43,301 bases of DNA from Utricularia gibba. Its lineage: Eukaryota > Plantae > Magnoliophyta. The stretch spans positions 1 to 43,301 of the forward strand of contig NEEC01000480.1 of NCBI GenBank assembly GCA_002189035.1, read 5' to 3'. Position 1 is the stretch's first letter. Each line of letters opens with the position of its first letter. Made by a program: the position numbers and the translations under genes. Below are positions 26,401 to 41,400 of the stretch, one piece after another. Under the pieces are notes generated by a model, which was not told where the DNA came from, ran no database searches, and saw nothing but the letters and a program-made list of their open reading frames with translations.

Positions 26401-29400
26401 TTCCAACTTGATCGCATAGTAGATGAATTCTGACACCATGTTTTGGCTTTGATTGATGCATTTAGTTGCTATGATACTTCTGATTCTTGATGCACCCCAT
26501 ACCCATGTCTCTAGTGGCTATTTGATTCTTTTGCCTTGTATGTTTTGCATCAATTCGAGAACATGAAGCACATTATTAATGCCACCACGAATGCACGTGA
26601 GACACTTTTCGTTGTGGCTTGTTTTAATATGTCCACAGTTATCGGACAAACGTAACTCCAAATTATAATACTTGGAGCTCGAAAAGGGCTTCCAACAGTG
26701 TGCTATGAAGAGCAAGGATCTGCATGTTATGCAAGGGTGCTTCGCGGACCAGGATGTGCGACGTAGTCATTTCATTGCGCATCATCATTCGGGGTGCATC
26801 CTAAAAATCACACGTGCACGGATTCATTAAAAATAAATATTTACGCATATCCAGAGTGTATAACAGTGTTGGGATAAGTGATGCCACGAAATTCATGATG
26901 TAGCATGTGACTTTTTTCCAACTTGATCGCATAGTAGATGAATTCTGACACCATATGTTTTGGCTTTTTGATTGATTCATTTAGTTGCTATGATACTTCT
27001 GATTCTTGATGCACCATTCCCATACCATGTCTCTAGTGGCTATTTGATTCTTTTGCCTTGTATGTTGTTCGCATCAATTTCGAGAACATGAAGCACATTA
27101 TTAAATGCAGTCACCACGGAATGCCACGTGAGACACTTTCGTTGTGGCTTTTTTAATATGTCCACAGTTATCGGACAAACGTAACTCCAAATTATAATAC
27201 TTGGAGCTCGAAAAGGGCTTCCCAACAGTGTGCTATGAAGAGCAAGGATCTGCATGTTATGCAAGAGGTGCTTCGCGGACCAGGATGTGCGACGTAGTCA
27301 TTTCATTGCGCATCATCATTCGGGCATCCTAAAAATCACACGTGCACGGATTCATTAAAAATAAATATTTACGCATATCCAGAGTGTATAAACAGTGTTG
27401 GGATAAGTGATGCACGAAATCATGATGTAGCATGTGACTTTTTCCAACTTGATCGCATAGTAGATGAATTCTGACACCATATGTTTTGGCTTTGATTGAT
27501 GCATTTAGTTGCTATGATACTTCTGATTCTTGATGCACCATATATACCATGTCTCTAGTGGCTATTTGATTCTTTTGCCTTGTATGTTGTTCGCATCAAT
27601 TTCGAGAACATGAAACATTCACACGTTTTTACCACAGTTATCGGACAAACGTAACTCCAAATTATAATACTTGGAGCTCGAAAAGGGCTTCCCAACAGTG
27701 TGCTATGAAGAGCAAGGATCTGCATTATGCAAGAGGTGCTTCGCGGACCAGGATGTGCGACGTAGTCATTTCATTGCGCATCATCATTCGGGTGCATCCT
27801 AAAAATCACACGTGCACGGGATTCATTAAAAATAAATATTTACGCATATCCAGAGTGTATAACAGTGTTGGGATAAGTGATGCCACGAAATTCATGATGT
27901 AGCATGACTTTTTTCCAACTTGATCGCATAGTAGATGAATTCTGACACCATATGTTTTGGCTTTGATTGATGCATTTAGTTGCTATGATACTTCTGATTC
28001 TTGATGCACCATTCCCGTATACCATGTCTCTAGTGGCTATTTGATTCTTTTGCCTTGTATTTGTTCGCATCAATTTCGAGAACATGAAGCACATTATTAA
28101 ATGCAGTCACCACGGAATGCCACGTGAGACACTTTTCGTTGTGGCTTGTTTTAATATGTCCACAGTTATCGGACAAACGTAACTCCAAATTATAATACTT
28201 GGAGCTCGAAAAGGGCTTCCCAACAGTGTGCTATGAAGAGCAAGGATCTGCATGTTATGCAAGAGGTGCTTCGCGGACCAGGATGTGCGACGTAGTCATT
28301 TCATTGCGCATCATCATTCGGGGTGCATCCTAAAAATCACACGTGCACGGATTCATTAAAAATAAATATTTACGCATATCCAGAGTGTATAACAGTGTTG
28401 GGATAAGTGATGCACGAAATTCATGATGTAGCATGTGACTTTTTTCCAACTTGATCGCATAGTAGATGAATTCTGACACCATATGTTTTGGCTTTGATTG
28501 ATTCATTTAGTTGCTATGATACTTCTGATTCTTGATGCACCATTCCCGTATACCATGTTCTAGTGGCTATTTGATTCTTTTGCCTTGTATGTTTTCGCAT
28601 CAATTTCGAGAACATGAAGCACATTATTAAATGCAGTCACCACGGAATGCCACGTGAGACACTTTTCGTTGTGGCTTGTTTTTAATATGTCCACAGTTAT
28701 CGGACAAACGTAACTCCAAATTATAATACTTGGAGCTCGAAAAGGGCTTCCCAACAGTGTGCTATGAAGAGCAAGGATCTGCATGTTATGCAAGAGGTGC
28801 TTCGCGGACCAGGATGTGCGACGTAGTCATTTCATTGCGCATCATCATTCGGTGCATCCTAAAAATCACACGTGCACGGGATTCATTAAAAATAAATATT
28901 TACGCATATCCAGAGTGTATAACAGTATAAGTGATGCCACGAAATTCATGATGTAGCATGTGACTTTTTTCCAACTTGATCGCATAGTAGATGAATTCTG
29001 ACACCATATTTTGGCTTTTGATTGATGCATTTAGTTGCTATGATACTTCTGATTCTTGATGCACCATTCCCGTATACCATGTCTCTAGTGGCTATTTGAT
29101 TCTTTTGCCTTGTATGTTGTTCGCATCAATTTCGAGAACATGAAGCACATTATTAAATGCAGTCACCACGGAATGCCACGTGAGACACTTTTCGTTGTGG
29201 CTTGTTTTTAATATGTCCACAGTTATCGGACAAACGTAACTCCAAATTATAATACTTGGAGCTCGAAAAGGGCTTCCCAACAGTGTGCTATGAAAGAGCA
29301 AGGATCTGCATGTTATGCAAGAGGTGCTTCGCGGACCAGGATGTGCGACGTAGTCATTTCATTGCGCATCATCATTCGGGGTGCATCCTAAAAATCACAC

Positions 29401-32400
29401 GTGCACGGATTCATTAAAAATAAATATTTACGCATATCCAGAGTGTATAACAGTGTTGGGATAAGTGATGCACGAAATTCATGATGTAGCATGTGACTTT
29501 TTTCCAACTTGATCGCATAGTAGATGAATTCTGACCCATATGTTTTTTTGATTGATGCATTTAGTTGCTATGATACTTCTGATTCTTGATGCACCATTCC
29601 CGTATACCATGTCTCTAGTGGCTATTTGATTCTTTTGCCTTGTATGTTGTTCGCATCAATTTCGAGAACATGAAGCACATTATTAAATGCAGTCACCACG
29701 GAATGCCACGTGAGACACTTTTCGTCTTGTTTTTAATATGTCCACAGTTATCGGACAAACGTAACTCCAAATTATAATACTTGGAGCTCGAAAAGGGCTT
29801 CCAACAGTGTGCTATGAAGAGCAAGGATCTGCATGTTATGCAAGAGGTGCTTCGCGGACCAGGATGTGCGACGTAGTCATTTCATTGCGCATCATCATTC
29901 GGGGTGCATCCTAAAAATCACACGTGCAGGATTCATTAAAAATAAATATTTACGCATATCCAGAGTGTATAACAGTGTTGGGATAAGTGATGCCACGAAA
30001 TTCATGATGTAGCATGTGACTTTTTTCCAACTTGATCGCATAGTAGATGAATTCTGACACCATATGTTTGGCTTTTGATTGATGCATTTAGTTGCTATGA
30101 TACTTCTGATTCTTGATGCACCATTCCCGTATACCATGTCTCTAGTGGCTATTTGATTCTTTTGCCTTGTATGTTGTTCGCATCAATTTCGAGAACATGA
30201 AGCACATTATTAAATGCAGTCACCACGGAATGCCACGTGAGACACTTTCGTTGTGGCTTGTTTTAATATGTCCACAGTTTTCGGACAAACGTAACTCCAA
30301 ATTATAATACTTGGAGCTCGAAAAGGGCTTCCCAACAGTGTGCTATGAAGAGCAAGGATCTGCATGTTATGCAAGAGGTGCTTCGCGGACCAGGATGTGC
30401 GACGTAGTCATTTCATTGCGCATCATCATTCGGGGTGCATCCTAAAATCACACGTGCACGGGATTCATTAAAAATAAATATTTACGCATATCCAGAGTGT
30501 ATAAACAGTGTTGGGATAAGTGATGCCACGAAATTCATGATGTAGCATGTGACTTTTTTCAACTTGATCGCATAGTAGATGAATTCTGACACCATATGTT
30601 TTGGCTTTTGATTGATTCATTTAGTTGCTATGATACTTCTGATTCTTGATGCACCATTCCCGTATACCATGTCTCTAGTGGCTATTTGATTCTTTTGCCT
30701 TGTATGTTGTTCGCATCAATTTCGAGAACATGAAGCACATTATTAAATGCAGTCACCACGGAATGCCACGTGAGACACTTTTCGTTGTGGCTTGTTTTTA
30801 ATATGTCCACAGTTATCGGACAAACGTAACTCCAAATTATAATACTTGGAGCTCGAAAAGGGCTTCCAACAGTGTGCTATGAAGAGCAAGGATCTGCATG
30901 TTATGCAAGAGGTGCTTCGCGGACCAGGATGTGCGACGTAGTCATTTCATTGCGCATCATCATTCGGCATCCTAAAAATCACACGTGCACGGATTCATTA
31001 AAAATAAATATTTACGCATATCCAGAGTGTATAACAGTGTTGGGATAAGTGATGCACGAAATTCATGATGTAGCATGTGACTTTTTCCAACTTGATCGCA
31101 TAGTAGATGAATTCTGACACCATATTTTTGGCTTTTGATTGATGCATTTAGTTGCTATGATACTTCTGATTCTTGATGCACCATTCCGTATACCATGTCT
31201 CTAGCATCAATTTCGAGAACATGAAGCACATTATTAAATGCAGTCACCACGGAATGCCACGTGAGACACTTTTCGTTGTGCTTGTTTTTAATATGTCCAC
31301 AGTTATCGGACAAACGTAACTCCAAATTATAATACTTGGAGCTCGAAAAGGGCTTCCCAACAGTGTGCTATGAAGAGCAAGGATCTGCATGTTATGCAAG
31401 AGGTGCTTCGCGGACCAGGATGTGCGACGTAGTCATTTCATTGCGCATCATCATTCGGGGTGCATCCTAAAAATCACACGTGCACGGGATTCATTAAAAA
31501 TAAATATTTACGCATATCCAGAGTGTATAACAGTGTTGGGATAAGTGATGCCACGAAATTCATGATGTAGCATGTGACTTTTTTCCAACTTGATCGCATA
31601 GTAGATGAATTCTGACACCATATGTTTTGGCTTTTTGATTGATGCATTTAGTTGCTATGATACTTCTGATTCTTGATGCACCATTCCCATATACCATGTC
31701 TCTAGTGGCTATTTGATTCTTTTGCCTTGTATGTTTTCGCATCAATTTCGAGAACATGAAGCACATTATTAAATGCAGCCACCACGGAATGCACGTGAGA
31801 CACTTTCGTTGTTTTTTTAATCCACAGTTATCGGACAAACGTAACTCCAAATTATAATACTTGGAGCTCGAAAAGGGCTTCCCAACAGTGTGCTATGAAG
31901 AGCAAGGATCTGCATGTTATGCAAGAGGTGCTTCGCGGACCAGGATGTGCGACGTAGTCATTTCATTGCGCATCATCATTCGGGTGCATCCTAAAAATCA
32001 CACGTGCACGGATTCATTAAAAATAAATATTTACGCATATCCAGAGTGTATAACAGTGTTGGGATAAGTGATGCCACGAAATTCATGATGTAGCATGTGA
32101 CTTTTTTCCAACTTGATCGCATAGTAGATGAATTCTGACACCATATGTTTTGGCTTTGATTGATGCATTTAGTTGCTATGATACTTCTGATTCTTGATGC
32201 ACCATTCCCGTATACCATGTCTCTAGTGGCTATTTGATTCTTTTGCCTTGTATGTTGTTCGCATCAATTTCGAGAACATGAAGCACATTATTAAATGCAG
32301 TCACCACGGAATGCCACGTGAGACACTTTCGTTGTGGCTTTTTAATATGTCCACAGTTATCGGACAAACGTAACTCCAAATTATAATACTTGGAGCTCGA

Positions 32401-35400
32401 AAAGGGCTTCCCAACAGTGTGCTATGAAGAGCAAGGATCTGCATGTTATGCAAGAGTGCTTCGCGGACCAGGATGTGCGACGTAGTCATTTCATTGCGCA
32501 TCATCATTCGGGGTGCATCCTAAAAATCACACGTGCACGGGATTCATTAAAAATAAATATTTACGCATATCCAGAGTGTATAACAGTGTTGGATAAGTGA
32601 TGCACGAAATTCATGATGTAGCATGTGACTTTTTTCCAACTTGATCGCATAGTAGATGAATTCTGACCATATGTTTTGGCTTTTGATTGATGCATTTAGT
32701 TGCTATGATACTTCTGATTCTTGATGCACCATTCCCGTATACCATGTCTCTAGTGGCTATTTGATTCTTTTGCCTTGTATGTTGTTCGCATCAATTTCGA
32801 GAACATGAAGCACATTATTAAATGCAGTCACCACGGAATGCCACGTGAGACACTTTTCGTTGTGGCTTGTTTTTTAATCCACAGTTATCGGACAAACGTA
32901 ACTCCAAATTATAATACTTGGAGCTCGAAAAGGGCTTCCCAACAGTGTGCTATGAAGAGCAAGGATCTGCATGTTATGCAAGAGGTGCTTCGCGGACCAG
33001 GATGTGCGACGTAGTCATTCATTGCGCATCATCATTCGGGGTGCATCCTAAAAATCACACGTGCACGGATTCATTAAAAATAAATATTTACGCATATCCA
33101 GAGTGTATAACAGTGTTGGGATAAGTGATGCCACGAAATTCATGATGTAGCATGTGACTTTTTTCCAACTTGATCGCATAGTAGATGAATTCTGACACCA
33201 TATGTTTTGGCTTTGATTGATGCATTTAGTTGCTATGATACTTCTGATTCTTGATGCACCATTCCGTATACCATGTCTCTAGTGGCTATTTGATTCTTTT
33301 GCCTTGTATGTTGTTCGCATCAATTTCGAGAACATGAAGCACATTATTAAATGCAGTCACCACGGAATGCCACGTGAGACACTTTTCGTTGTGGCTTGTT
33401 TTAATATGTCCACAGTTATCGGACAAACGTAACTCCAAATTATAATACTTGGAGCTCGAAAAGGGCTTCCCAACAGTGTGCTATGAAGAGCAAGGATCTG
33501 CATGTTATGCAAGAGGTGCTTCGCGGACCAGGATGTGCGACGTAGTCATTTCATTGCGCATCATCATTCGGGTGCATCTAAAAATCACACGTGCACGGAT
33601 TCATTAAAAATAAATATTTACGCATATCCAGAGTGTATAACAGTGTTGGGATAAGTGATGCACGAAATTCATGATGTAGCATGTGACTTTTTTCCAACTT
33701 GATCGCATAGTAGATGAATCTGACACCATATTTTTTTGATTGATTTAGTTGCTATGATACTTCTGATTCTTGATGCACCATTCCCGTATACCATGTCTCT
33801 AGTGGCTATTTGATTCTTTTGCCTTGTATGTTGTTCGCATCAATTTCGAGAACATGAACATTATAAAATGCAGTCACCACGGAATGCCACGTGAGACACT
33901 TTTCGTTGTGGCTTTTTTAATATGTCCACAGTTATCGGACAAACGTAACTCCAAATTATAATACTTGGAGCTCGAAAAGGGCTTCCCAACAGTGTGCTAT
34001 GAAGAGCAAGGATCTGCATGTTATGCAAGAGGTGCTTCGCGGACCAGGATGTGCGACGTAGTCATTTCATTGCGCATCATCATTCGGGGTGCATAAAAAT
34101 CACACGTGCACGGGATTCATTAAAAATAAATATTTACGCATATCCAGAGTGTATAACAGTGTTGGGATAAGTGATGCACGAAATTCATGATGTAGCATGT
34201 GACTTTTTTCCAACTTGATCGCATAGTAGATGAATTCTGACACCATATGTTTTGGCTTTTGATTGATGCATTTAGTTGCTATGATACTTCTGATTCTTGA
34301 TGCACCATTCCCGTATACCATGTCTCTAGTGGCTATTTGATTCTTTTGCCTTGTATGTTGTTCGCATCAATTTCGAGAACATGAAGCACATTATTAAATG
34401 CAGTCACCACGAATGCCACGTGAGACACTTTCGTTGTGGCTTTTTAATATGTCCACAGTTATCGGACAAACGTAACTCCAAATTATAATACTTGGAGCTC
34501 GAAAGGGCTTCCAACAGTGTGCTATGAAGAGCAAGGATCTGCATTATGCAGAGGTGCTTCGCGGACCAGGATGTGCGACGTAGTCATTTCATTGCGCATC
34601 ATCATTCGGGGTGCATCCTAAAAATCACACGTGCACCGGATTCATTAAAAATAAATATTTACGCATATCCAGAGTGTATAACAGTGTTGGGATAAGTGAT
34701 GCACGAAATTCATGATGTAGCATGTGACTTTTTTCCAACTTGATCGCATAGTAGATTTTGGCTTTGATTGATGCATTTAGTTGCTATGATACTTCTGATT
34801 CTTGATGCACCATTCCCGTATACCATGTCTCTAGTGGCTATTTGATTCTTTTGCCTTGTATGTTGTTCGCATCAATTTCGAGAACATGAAGCACATTATT
34901 AAATGCAGTCACACGGAATGCCACGTGAGACACTTTTCGTTGTGGCTTTTTAATATGTCCACAGTTATCGGACAAACGTAACTCCAAATTATAATACTTG
35001 GAGCTCGAAAGGGCTTCCAAACAGTGTGCTATGAAGAGCAAGGATCTGCATGTTATGCAAGAGGTGCTTCGCGGACCAGGATGTGCGACGTAGTCATTTC
35101 ATTGCGCATCATCATTCGGGGTGCATCCTAAAAATCACACGTGCACGGGATTCATTAAAAAAAATATTTACGCATATCCAGAGTGTAAACAGTGTTGGGA
35201 TAAGTGATGCCACGAAATTCATGATGTAGCATGTGACTTTTTTCCAACTTGATCGCATAGTAGATGAATTCTGACACCATATGTTTTGGCTTTTTGATTG
35301 ATGCATTTAGTTGCTATGATACTTCTGATTCTTGATGCACCATTCCCGTATACCATGTCTCTAGTGGCTATTTGATTCTTTTGCCTTGTATGTTGTTCGC

Positions 35401-38400
35401 ATCAAATTTCGAGAACATGAAGCACATTATTAAATGCAATCACCGGAATGCCACGTGAGACACTTTTCGTTGTGGCTTTTTTAATATGTCCACAGTTATC
35501 GGACAAACGTAACTCCAAATTATAATACTTGGAGCTCGAAAAGGGCTTCCCAACAGTGTGCTATGAAGAGCAAGGATCTGCATGTTATGCAAGAGGTGCT
35601 TCGCGGACCAGGATGTGCGACGTAGTCATTTCATTGCGCATCATCATTCGGGTGCATCCTAAAAATCACACGTGCACGGGATTCATTAAAAATAAATATT
35701 TACGCATATCCAGAGTGTATAACAGTGTTGGGATAAGTGATGCCACGAAATTCATGATGTAGCATGTGACTTTTTTCCAACTTGATCGCATAGTAGATGA
35801 ATTCTGACACCATATGTTTTGGCTTTTGATTGATGCATTTAGTTGCTATGATACTTCTGATTCTTGATGCACCATTCCGTATACCATGTCTCTAGTGGCT
35901 ATTTGATTCTTTTGCCTTGTATGTTGTTCGCATCAATTTCGAGAACATGAAGCACATTATTAAATGCAGTCACCACGGAATGCCACGTGAGACACTTTTC
36001 GTTGTGGCTTGTTTTTAATATGTCCACAGTTATCGGACAAAACGTAACTCCAAATTATAATACTTGGAGCTCGAAAAGGGCTTCCAACAGTGTGCTATGA
36101 AGAGCAAGGATCTGCATGTTATGCAAGAGGTGCTTCGCGGACCAGGATGTGCGACGTAGTCATTTCATTGCGCATCATCATTCGGGGTGCATCTAAAAAC
36201 ACACGTGCACGGATTCATTAAAAATAATATTTACGCATATCCAGAGTGTATAACAGTGTTGGGATAAGTGATGCCACGAAATTCATGATGTAGCATGTGA
36301 CTTTTTTCCAACTTGATCGCATAGTAGATGAATTCTGACACCATATGTTTTGGCTTTTGATTGATGCATTTAGTTGCTATGATACTTCTGATTCTTGATG
36401 CACCATTCCCGTATACCATGTCTCTAGTGGCTATTTGATTCTTTTGCCTTGTATGTTGTTCGCATCAATTTCGAGAACATGAAGCACATTATTAAATGCA
36501 GTCACCACGGAATGCCACGTGAGACACTTTCGTTGTGGCTTTTTTAATATGTCCACAGTTATCGGACAAACGTAACTCCAAATTATAATACTTGGAGCTC
36601 GAAAGGGCTTCCCAACAGTGTGCTATGAAGAGCAAGGATCTGCATGTTATGCGAAGGTGCTTACCAGGATGTGCGACGTAGTCATTTCATTGCGCATCAT
36701 CATTCGGGTGCATCCTAAAAATCACACGTGCACGGATTCATTAAAAATAAATATTTACGCATATCAGAGTATATAACAGTGTTGGGATAAGTGATGCCAC
36801 GAAATTCATGATGTAGCATGTGACTTTTTTCCAACTTGATCGCATAGTAGATGAATTCTGACACCATATGTTTTGGCTTTTGATTGATGCATTTAGTTGC
36901 TATGATACTTCTGATTCTTGATGCACCATTCCCGTATACCATGTCTCTAGTGGCTATTTGATTCTTTTGCCTTGTATGTTGTTCGCATCAATTTCGAGAA
37001 CATGAAGCACATTATTAAATGCAGTCACCACGGAATGCCACGTGAGACACTTTTCGTTGTGGCTTGTTTTTAATATCCAGTTATCGGACAAACGTAACTC
37101 CAAATTATAATACTTGGAGCTCGAAAAGGGCTTCCAACAGTGTGCTATGAAGAGCAAGGATCTGCATGTTATGCAAGAGGTGCTTCGCGGACAGGATGTG
37201 CGACGTAGTCATTTCATTGCGCATCATCATTCGGGTGCATCCTAAAAATCACACGTGCACGGATTCATTAAAAATAAATATTTACGCATATCCAGAGTGT
37301 ATAACAGTGTTGGGATAAGTGATGCCACGAAATGATGTAGCATGTGACTTTTTTCCAACTTGATCGCATAGTAGATGAATTCTGACACCATATGTTTTGG
37401 CTTTGATTGATGCATTTAGTTGCTATGATACTTCTGATTCTTGATGCACCATTCCCGTATACCATGTCTCTAGTGGCTATTTGATTTTTTGCCTTGTATG
37501 TTGTTCGCATCAATTTCGAGAACATGAAGCACATTATTAAATGCAGTCACCACGAATGCCACGTGAGACACTTTTCGTTGTGGCTTTTTTAATATGTCCA
37601 CAGTTATCGGACAAACGTAACTCCAAATTATAATACTTGGAGCTCGAAAGGGCTTCCCAACAGTGTGCTATGAAGAGCAAGGATCTGCATGTTATGCAGA
37701 GGTGCTTCGCGACCAGATGTGCGACATAGTCATTTCATTGCGCATCATCATTCGGGGTGCATCCTAAAAATCACACGTGCACGGATTCATTAAAAATAAA
37801 TATTTACGCATATCCAGATTATATAACAGTGTTGGGATAAGTGATGCCACGAAATTCATGATGTAGCATGTGACTTTTTTTCCAACTTGATCGCATAGTA
37901 GATGAAGTCTGACACCATATGTTTTGGCTTTGATTGATGCATTTAGTTGCTATGATACTTCTGATTCTTGATGCACCATTCCCGTATACCATGTCTCTAG
38001 TGGCTATTTGATTCTTTTGCCTTGTATGTTGTTCGCATCAATTTCGAGAACATGAAGCACATTATTAATGCAGTCACCACGGAATGCACGTGAGACACTT
38101 TTCGTTGTGGCTTGTTTTTAATATCACAGTTATCGGACAAACGTAACTCCAAATTATAATACTTGGAGCTCGAAAAGGCTTCCCAACAGTGTGCTATGAA
38201 GAGCAAGGATCTGCATGTTATGCAAGAGGTGCTTCGCGGACCAGGATGTGCGACGTAGTCATTTCATTGCGCATCATCATTCGGGGTGCATCCTAAAAAT
38301 CACACGTGCACGGGATTCATTAAAAATAAATATTTACGCATATCCAGAGTGTATAACAGTGTTGGGATAAGTGATGCACGAAATTCATGATGTAGCATGA

Positions 38401-41400
38401 CTTTTTTCCAACTTGATCGCATAGTAGATGAATTCTGACACCATATGTTTTGGCTTTGATTGATGCATTTAGTTGCTATGATACTTCTGATTCTTGATGC
38501 ACCATTCCCGTATACCATGTCTCTAGTGGCTATTTGATTCTTTTGCCTTGTATGTTGTTCGCATCAATTTCGAGAACATGAAGCACATTATTAAATGCAG
38601 TCACCACGGAATGCCACGTGAGACACTTTTCGTTGTGGCTTTTTTAATATGTCCACAGTTATCGGACAAACGTAACTCCAAATTATAATACTTGGAGCTC
38701 GAAAGTGCTATGAAGAGCAAGGATCTGCATGTTATGCAAGAGTGCTTCGCGACCAGGATGTGCGACGTAGTCATTTCATTGCGCATCATCATTCGGGGTG
38801 CATCCTAAAAATCACACGTGCACGGGATTCATTAAAAATAAATATTTACGCATATCCAGAGTGTATAACAGTGTTGGGATAAGTGATGCACGAAATTCAT
38901 GATGTAGCATGTGACTTTTTTCCAACTTGATCGCATAGTAGATGAATTCTGACACCATATGTTTTGGCTGTTGATTGATGCATTTAGTTGCTATGATACT
39001 TCTGATTCTTGATGCACCATTCCGTATACCATGTCTCTAGTGGCTATTTGATTCTTTTGCCTTGTATGTTGTTCGCATCAATTTCGAGAACATGAACATT
39101 ATTAAATGCAGTCACCACGGAATGCCACGTGAGACACTTTTCGTTGTGGCTTTTTAATATGTCCACAGTTATCGGACAAACGTAACTCCAAATTATAATA
39201 CTTGGAGCTCGAAAGGGCTTCCCAACAGTGTGCTATGAAGAGCAAGGATCTGCATGTTATGCAAGAGGTGCTTCGCGGACCAGGATGTGCGACGTAGTCA
39301 TTTCATTGCGCATCATATTTCGGGGTGCATCCTAAAAATCACACGTGCACGGGATTCATTAAAAATAAATATTTACGCATATCCAGAGTATATAACAGTG
39401 TTGGGATAAGTGATGCCACGAAATTCATGATGTAGCATGTGACTTTTTTCCAACTTGATCGCATAGTAGATGAATTCTGACACCATATGTTTTGGCTTGA
39501 TTGATGCATTTAGTTGCTATGATACTTCTGATTCTTGATGCACCATTCCCGTATACCATGTCTCTAGTGGCTATTTGATTCTTTTGCCTTGTATGTTGTT
39601 CGCATCAATTTCGAGAACATGAAGCACATTATTAAATGCAGTCACCACGGAATGCCACGTGAGACACTTTTCCTTGTTTTTAATATGTCCACAGTTATCG
39701 GACAAACGTAACTCCAAATTATAATACTTGGAGCTCGAAAAGGGCTTCCCAACACTATGAAGAGCAAGGATCTGCATGTTATGCAAGAGGTGCTTCGCGG
39801 ACCAGGATGTGCGACGTAGTCATTTTGCGCATCATCATTCGGGGTGCATCCTAAAAATCACACGTGCACCGGATTCATTAAAAATAAATATTTACGCATA
39901 TCCAGAGTGTATAACAGTGTTGGGATAAGTGATGCCACGAAATTCATGATGTAGCATGTGACTTTTTTCCAACTTGATCGCATAGTAGATGAATTCTGAC
40001 ACATATGTTTTGGCTTTGATTGATGCATTTAGTTGCTATGATACTTCTGATTATGCACCATTCCCGTATACCATGTCTCTAGTGGCTATTTGATTCTTTT
40101 GCCTTGTATGTTGTTCGCATCAATTTCGAGAACATGAAGCACATTATTAATGCAGTCACCACGGAATGCCACGTGAGACACTTTTCGTTGTGGCTTTTTT
40201 AATATGTCCACAGTTATCGGACAAACGTAACTCCAAATTATAATACTTGGAGCTCGAAAAGGGCGGATCTGCATGTTATGCAAGAGGTGCTTCGCGGACC
40301 AGGATGTGCGACGTAGTCATTTCATTGCGCATCATCATTCGGGTGCATCCTAAAAATCACACGTGCACGGATTCATTAAAATAATATTTACATATCCAGA
40401 GTGTATAACAGTGTTGGGATAAGTGATGCCACGAAATTCATGATGTAGCATGTGACTTTTTTCCAACTTGATCGCATAGTAGATGAATCTGACACCATAT
40501 GTTTGGCTTTGATTGATGCATTTAGTTGCTATGATACTTCTGATTCTTGATGCACCATTCCCGTATACCATGTCTCTAGTGGCTATTTGATTCTTTTGCC
40601 TTGTATGTTGTTCGCATCAATTTCGAGAACATGAAGCACATTATTAATCAGTCACCACGGAATGCCACGTGAGACACTTTCGTTGTGGCTTTTTTTAATA
40701 TGTCCACAGTTATCGGACAAACGTAACTCCAAATTATAATACTTGGAGCTCGAAAGGCTTCCAACACTGAAGAGCAAGGATCTGCATGTTATGCAAGAGG
40801 TGCTTCGCGGACCAGGATGTGCGACGTAGTCATTTCATTGCGCATCATCATTCGGGTGCATCCTAAAAATCACACGTGCACGGGATTCATTAAAAATAAA
40901 TATTTACGCATATCCAGAGTGTATAACAGTGTTGGGATAAGTGATGCCACGAAATTCATGATGTAGCATGTGACTTTTTTCCAACTTGATCGCATAGTAG
41001 ATGAATCTGACACCATATGTTTTGGCTGTTGATTGATGCATTTAGTTGCTATGATACTTCTGATTCTTGATGCACCATTCCCGTATACCATGTCTCTAGT
41101 GGCTATTTGATTCTTTTGCCTTGTATGTTTTTCGCATCAATTTCGAGAACATGAAGCACATTATTAAATGCAGTCACCAAAATGCCACGTGAGACACTTT
41201 CGTTGTGGCTTTTTTAATATGTCCACAGTTATCGGAAAACGTAACTCCAAATTATAATACTTGGAGCTCGAAAAGGGCTTCCCAACAGTGTGCTATGAAG
41301 AGCAAGGATCTGCATGTTATGCAGAGGTGCTTCGCGGACCAGGATGTGCGACGTAGTCATTTCATTGCGCATCATCATTCGGGGTGCATCCTAAAAATCA

